From Macrostomum lignano (Eukaryota): a stretch of DNA of 64,000 nt. Both the position numbers and the translations under genes were made by a program. Shown here piece after piece: positions 51,036-64,000 of this stretch. Positions within the stretch are counted from its first letter, which is position 1. Each line of letters begins with the position of its first letter. The notes below the pieces were generated by a model. It saw only the letters and a program-made list of their open reading frames with translations, had not been told where the DNA came from and ran no database searches. The stretch lies in contig NIVC01000529.1 of assembly GCA_002269645.1 (NCBI GenBank), forward strand, positions 15,497-79,496. The letters run 5' to 3'.

Positions 51036-52360
51036 GTGTTCCAGAACCTGTTAGGCACAAGCTTCCGAAACCTGTTAGACTTTCCCTTTAGAACTTCCCT
51101 TAACCTGTTCGACGCAGGTTCGCTAACTATAACAGACGCAGCTCAAAGCAGACCCAAGCAGATATTTATACAGAAGCAGTACATAAGAAGCTCCCAGTTG
51201 AAACAGTTACTAAGCAGCGTAGACACTTCGTACCTTCGGCGTCGACTTACCTGCAGAAGGCTTAAGGAATTCCTTCTGGGGGCCGAGGTGCAGGACTCGA
51301 AGCACGGGAGCTCGGGAAGGGAAGGGTTCGTAGTGAGGGGGGGGGAGACTCGGAGCAAATTGGAAAGGAAGGCGAGAGCAGTCTTTGCAAAAGGAGGAAA
51401 TTAGGCAGAAGCCTCGAGCCGGCTCGCCTCGTCTCCCTCTGCTCAAAAAGACGCCGAGAGCTTGCCGCAGGGGAGGAGAGAGCAGCCCTGCCTAGCAACT
51501 GAAGAAAAATATACATTTTAAAGAAAGAAATCCCGAGCAGACTCGTTTTCAGTTTTTGTCCCGCAGCCTTTTCATCCCATATGTAACCGTAATACTTGGA
51601 TAAATCCTTTCAATCAGATTGTCCCTGCCTCTCTAACCTACCGTGCATCCTTGAACCCAGACCTGTGACAATTAAAAACCTGGGCCTTGAAGATGGGCAA
51701 GTTTTGTTGAGATAAAAACTCAGGTGAGTTCAATTTCGCACATCTACTAAGATTTTGTGCAAACAACTGGGGCCATAGCAACCGGGGTCAAATTTTTGCT
51801 GCAATCATTATCTCAACCTCATTTGACTTCCTTCCTATCTCAATGAAGCGAGCACGTGTTTTTTTCCGAGGTGCACTCAAGGTAAAGTCTTTATGAAATG
51901 CTTGATGAAGAGCCTGCTCCTGTCTCCTAAGTGTGTCTTTCTCGACCGCGGATTCAGCTACATGGCGATATTCCCTTGCTTCATCCGGAATTCAAAAGTA
52001 CAAACGGTCAGATACTAAAGTAGACATTAGGCTTTAGAGTAAGATTAGTGAGATGTCGGAGATTTAGCGTTCTGAAGAAAAACCGAAAAACCTGCATCCT
52101 TCTGCTTCAGCTGTCCCAGTTGTCTCAGAACCGGTCGTGAGAAATCCGTGATGCTTGATAATTACAGCCTGAGAACAAGGTTACTCATGATTAATAAAAG
52201 CTCCGCTTCTCAAGGTCTTGAGTTCCATTCGAGTGGGAATGCTCCAGTAGATTAGGAAAAGTTTAGTCAAGCGTAGAAGTGTGACTTCGGGATTAGGGAA
52301 CGTGCAGAAAGTAGAAAATCTCGAACACCAGCTGCAGTTGATGAGGAGGAGGCCATGATG

Positions 52361-52368
52361 GCGCCAAA
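52361..52368 (-). promoter_or_regulatory. E2F-type site TTTGGCGC overlapping ATGGCG, upstream of PDE1
   Basis: Sequence match only. Confidence 0.25.
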
Positions 52369-52479
52369 ATCTTCGATTTTATAACATAACAAACGCTCTA
52401 AACTCATTAAATTCAATTTTCTGCAGGCATTCCAAAATCAAAAAATCAAAACTCGAAACAGCAATCGAATTACGTTGCT

Positions 52480-63096
<10,617 letters not shown>

Positions 63097-63169
63097 TGAA
63101 TTCTCGAGCTGGACTGTCTGAGTTCCCATGATGTTGATCATTCGAAAAATACCAAGAAGCGTTATCCAC

Positions 63170-64000
63170 TTCTTTTTCCGATAAGCCCATCCTCCGATAA
63201 GCCCATCCTCTGATAAGCCCATCCTCCGATGAGTCCATCCTCCGATAAGCAATTATCCGATAAGCCTATCTTTCAATAAGCACATACTTTGATAAGCCCA
63301 CGATAAACGATAAACAAGTTTTTCATATCGAATAAGTCCATCCATCCCCCGTTAAGCCCATCCCCAATAAGCCATTATCCGATAAGCCCATATTTTAATA
63401 GGGCCCTTCCTCCGACAAGCCCATCCTCCGATAAGCCCATCCTCCGATAGCCCATCCTCCGATAAGCCCATCCTCCGATAGCCCATCCTCCGATAAGCCC
63501 ATCTTCCGATAAGCCCATCCTCCGATAAGCCCATCCTCCGATAGCCCATCCTCCGATAAGCCCATCTTCCGATAAGCCCATCCTCCAATAAGCCCATCCT
63601 CCGATAAGCCCATCCTCCGATAAGCCCATCCTCCGATAAGCCCATCCTCCGATAAGCCCATCCTCTGATAAGCTCATCCTCCGATAAGCCCATCCTCTGA
63701 TAAGCCCATCCTCCGATAATCCCATGCTCCGATAAGCCCATGCTCCGATAAGCCCATCCTCCGATAAGCCCATCCTCTGATAAGCCCATCCTCCGATAAG
63801 CCCATCCTCTGATAAGCCCATCCTCCGATAAGCCCATCCTCTGATAAGCCCATCCTCCGATAAGCCCATCCTCCGATAAGCCCATCCTCCAATAAGCCCA
63901 TCCTTAGATAAGCTCAACCTCCGATAAGCCCATCCTTAGATAAGCTCAACCTCCGATAAGCCCATCCTTAGATAAGCTCAACCTCCGATAAGCCCATCCT
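63170..64000. repeat. 16-bp array ccgataagcccatcct downstream of the PDE1 stop
   Basis: Direct reading. Confidence 0.93.

Noticed and set aside
51770-51980. ~70-codon minus-strand open stretch (IPDEAREYRHV...IAAKI*)
   Set aside because: No start codon or acceptor, bounded by stops, no recognisable homology.

Overview
Eukaryotic (invertebrate metazoan) genomic DNA. GC-rich, Ala/Gln-rich exons and repeat-filled introns resemble a flatworm such as Macrostomum (inference only). Three protein-coding genes can be spliced by hand. (1) On the minus strand at the left edge is a CSL/Su(H)/RBPJ Notch-pathway transcription factor. Its first conserved exon is 204-645, the rest lies left of the window, and several phase-compatible candidate upstream or alternative first exons reach ~19.9 kb. 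(2) A complete 10-exon PDS5 cohesin regulator lies on the minus strand (36966->24269, ~1509 aa). (3) A complete 16-exon Ca2+/calmodulin-dependent phosphodiesterase PDE1 lies on the plus strand (52480->63096, ~659 aa). Most long ORFs in the supplied track are artefacts of about 30 tandem arrays, which sit mostly in introns, usually one dominant family per intron. The PDS5-PDE1 intergenic region is AT-rich and carries MITEs (including a nested pair with perfect 8-bp TSDs), a dead LINE 3' end and a 178-180-bp repeat. tRNA-derived SINEs lie in introns. The most notable observations are: a minisatellite inside the CSL gene carrying ~16 RTGGGAA (CSL/LAG-1-type) motifs next to CGTGGGAA/CGTGTGAA sites; a PDS5 intron built from tandem copies of its own 5' splice site; the multi-N-terminus architecture of CSL; a P-like MITE carrying a CCAAT/E-box module; and a foldback-like pair of inverted arrays. 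No prokaryotic features or CRISPR arrays were seen.
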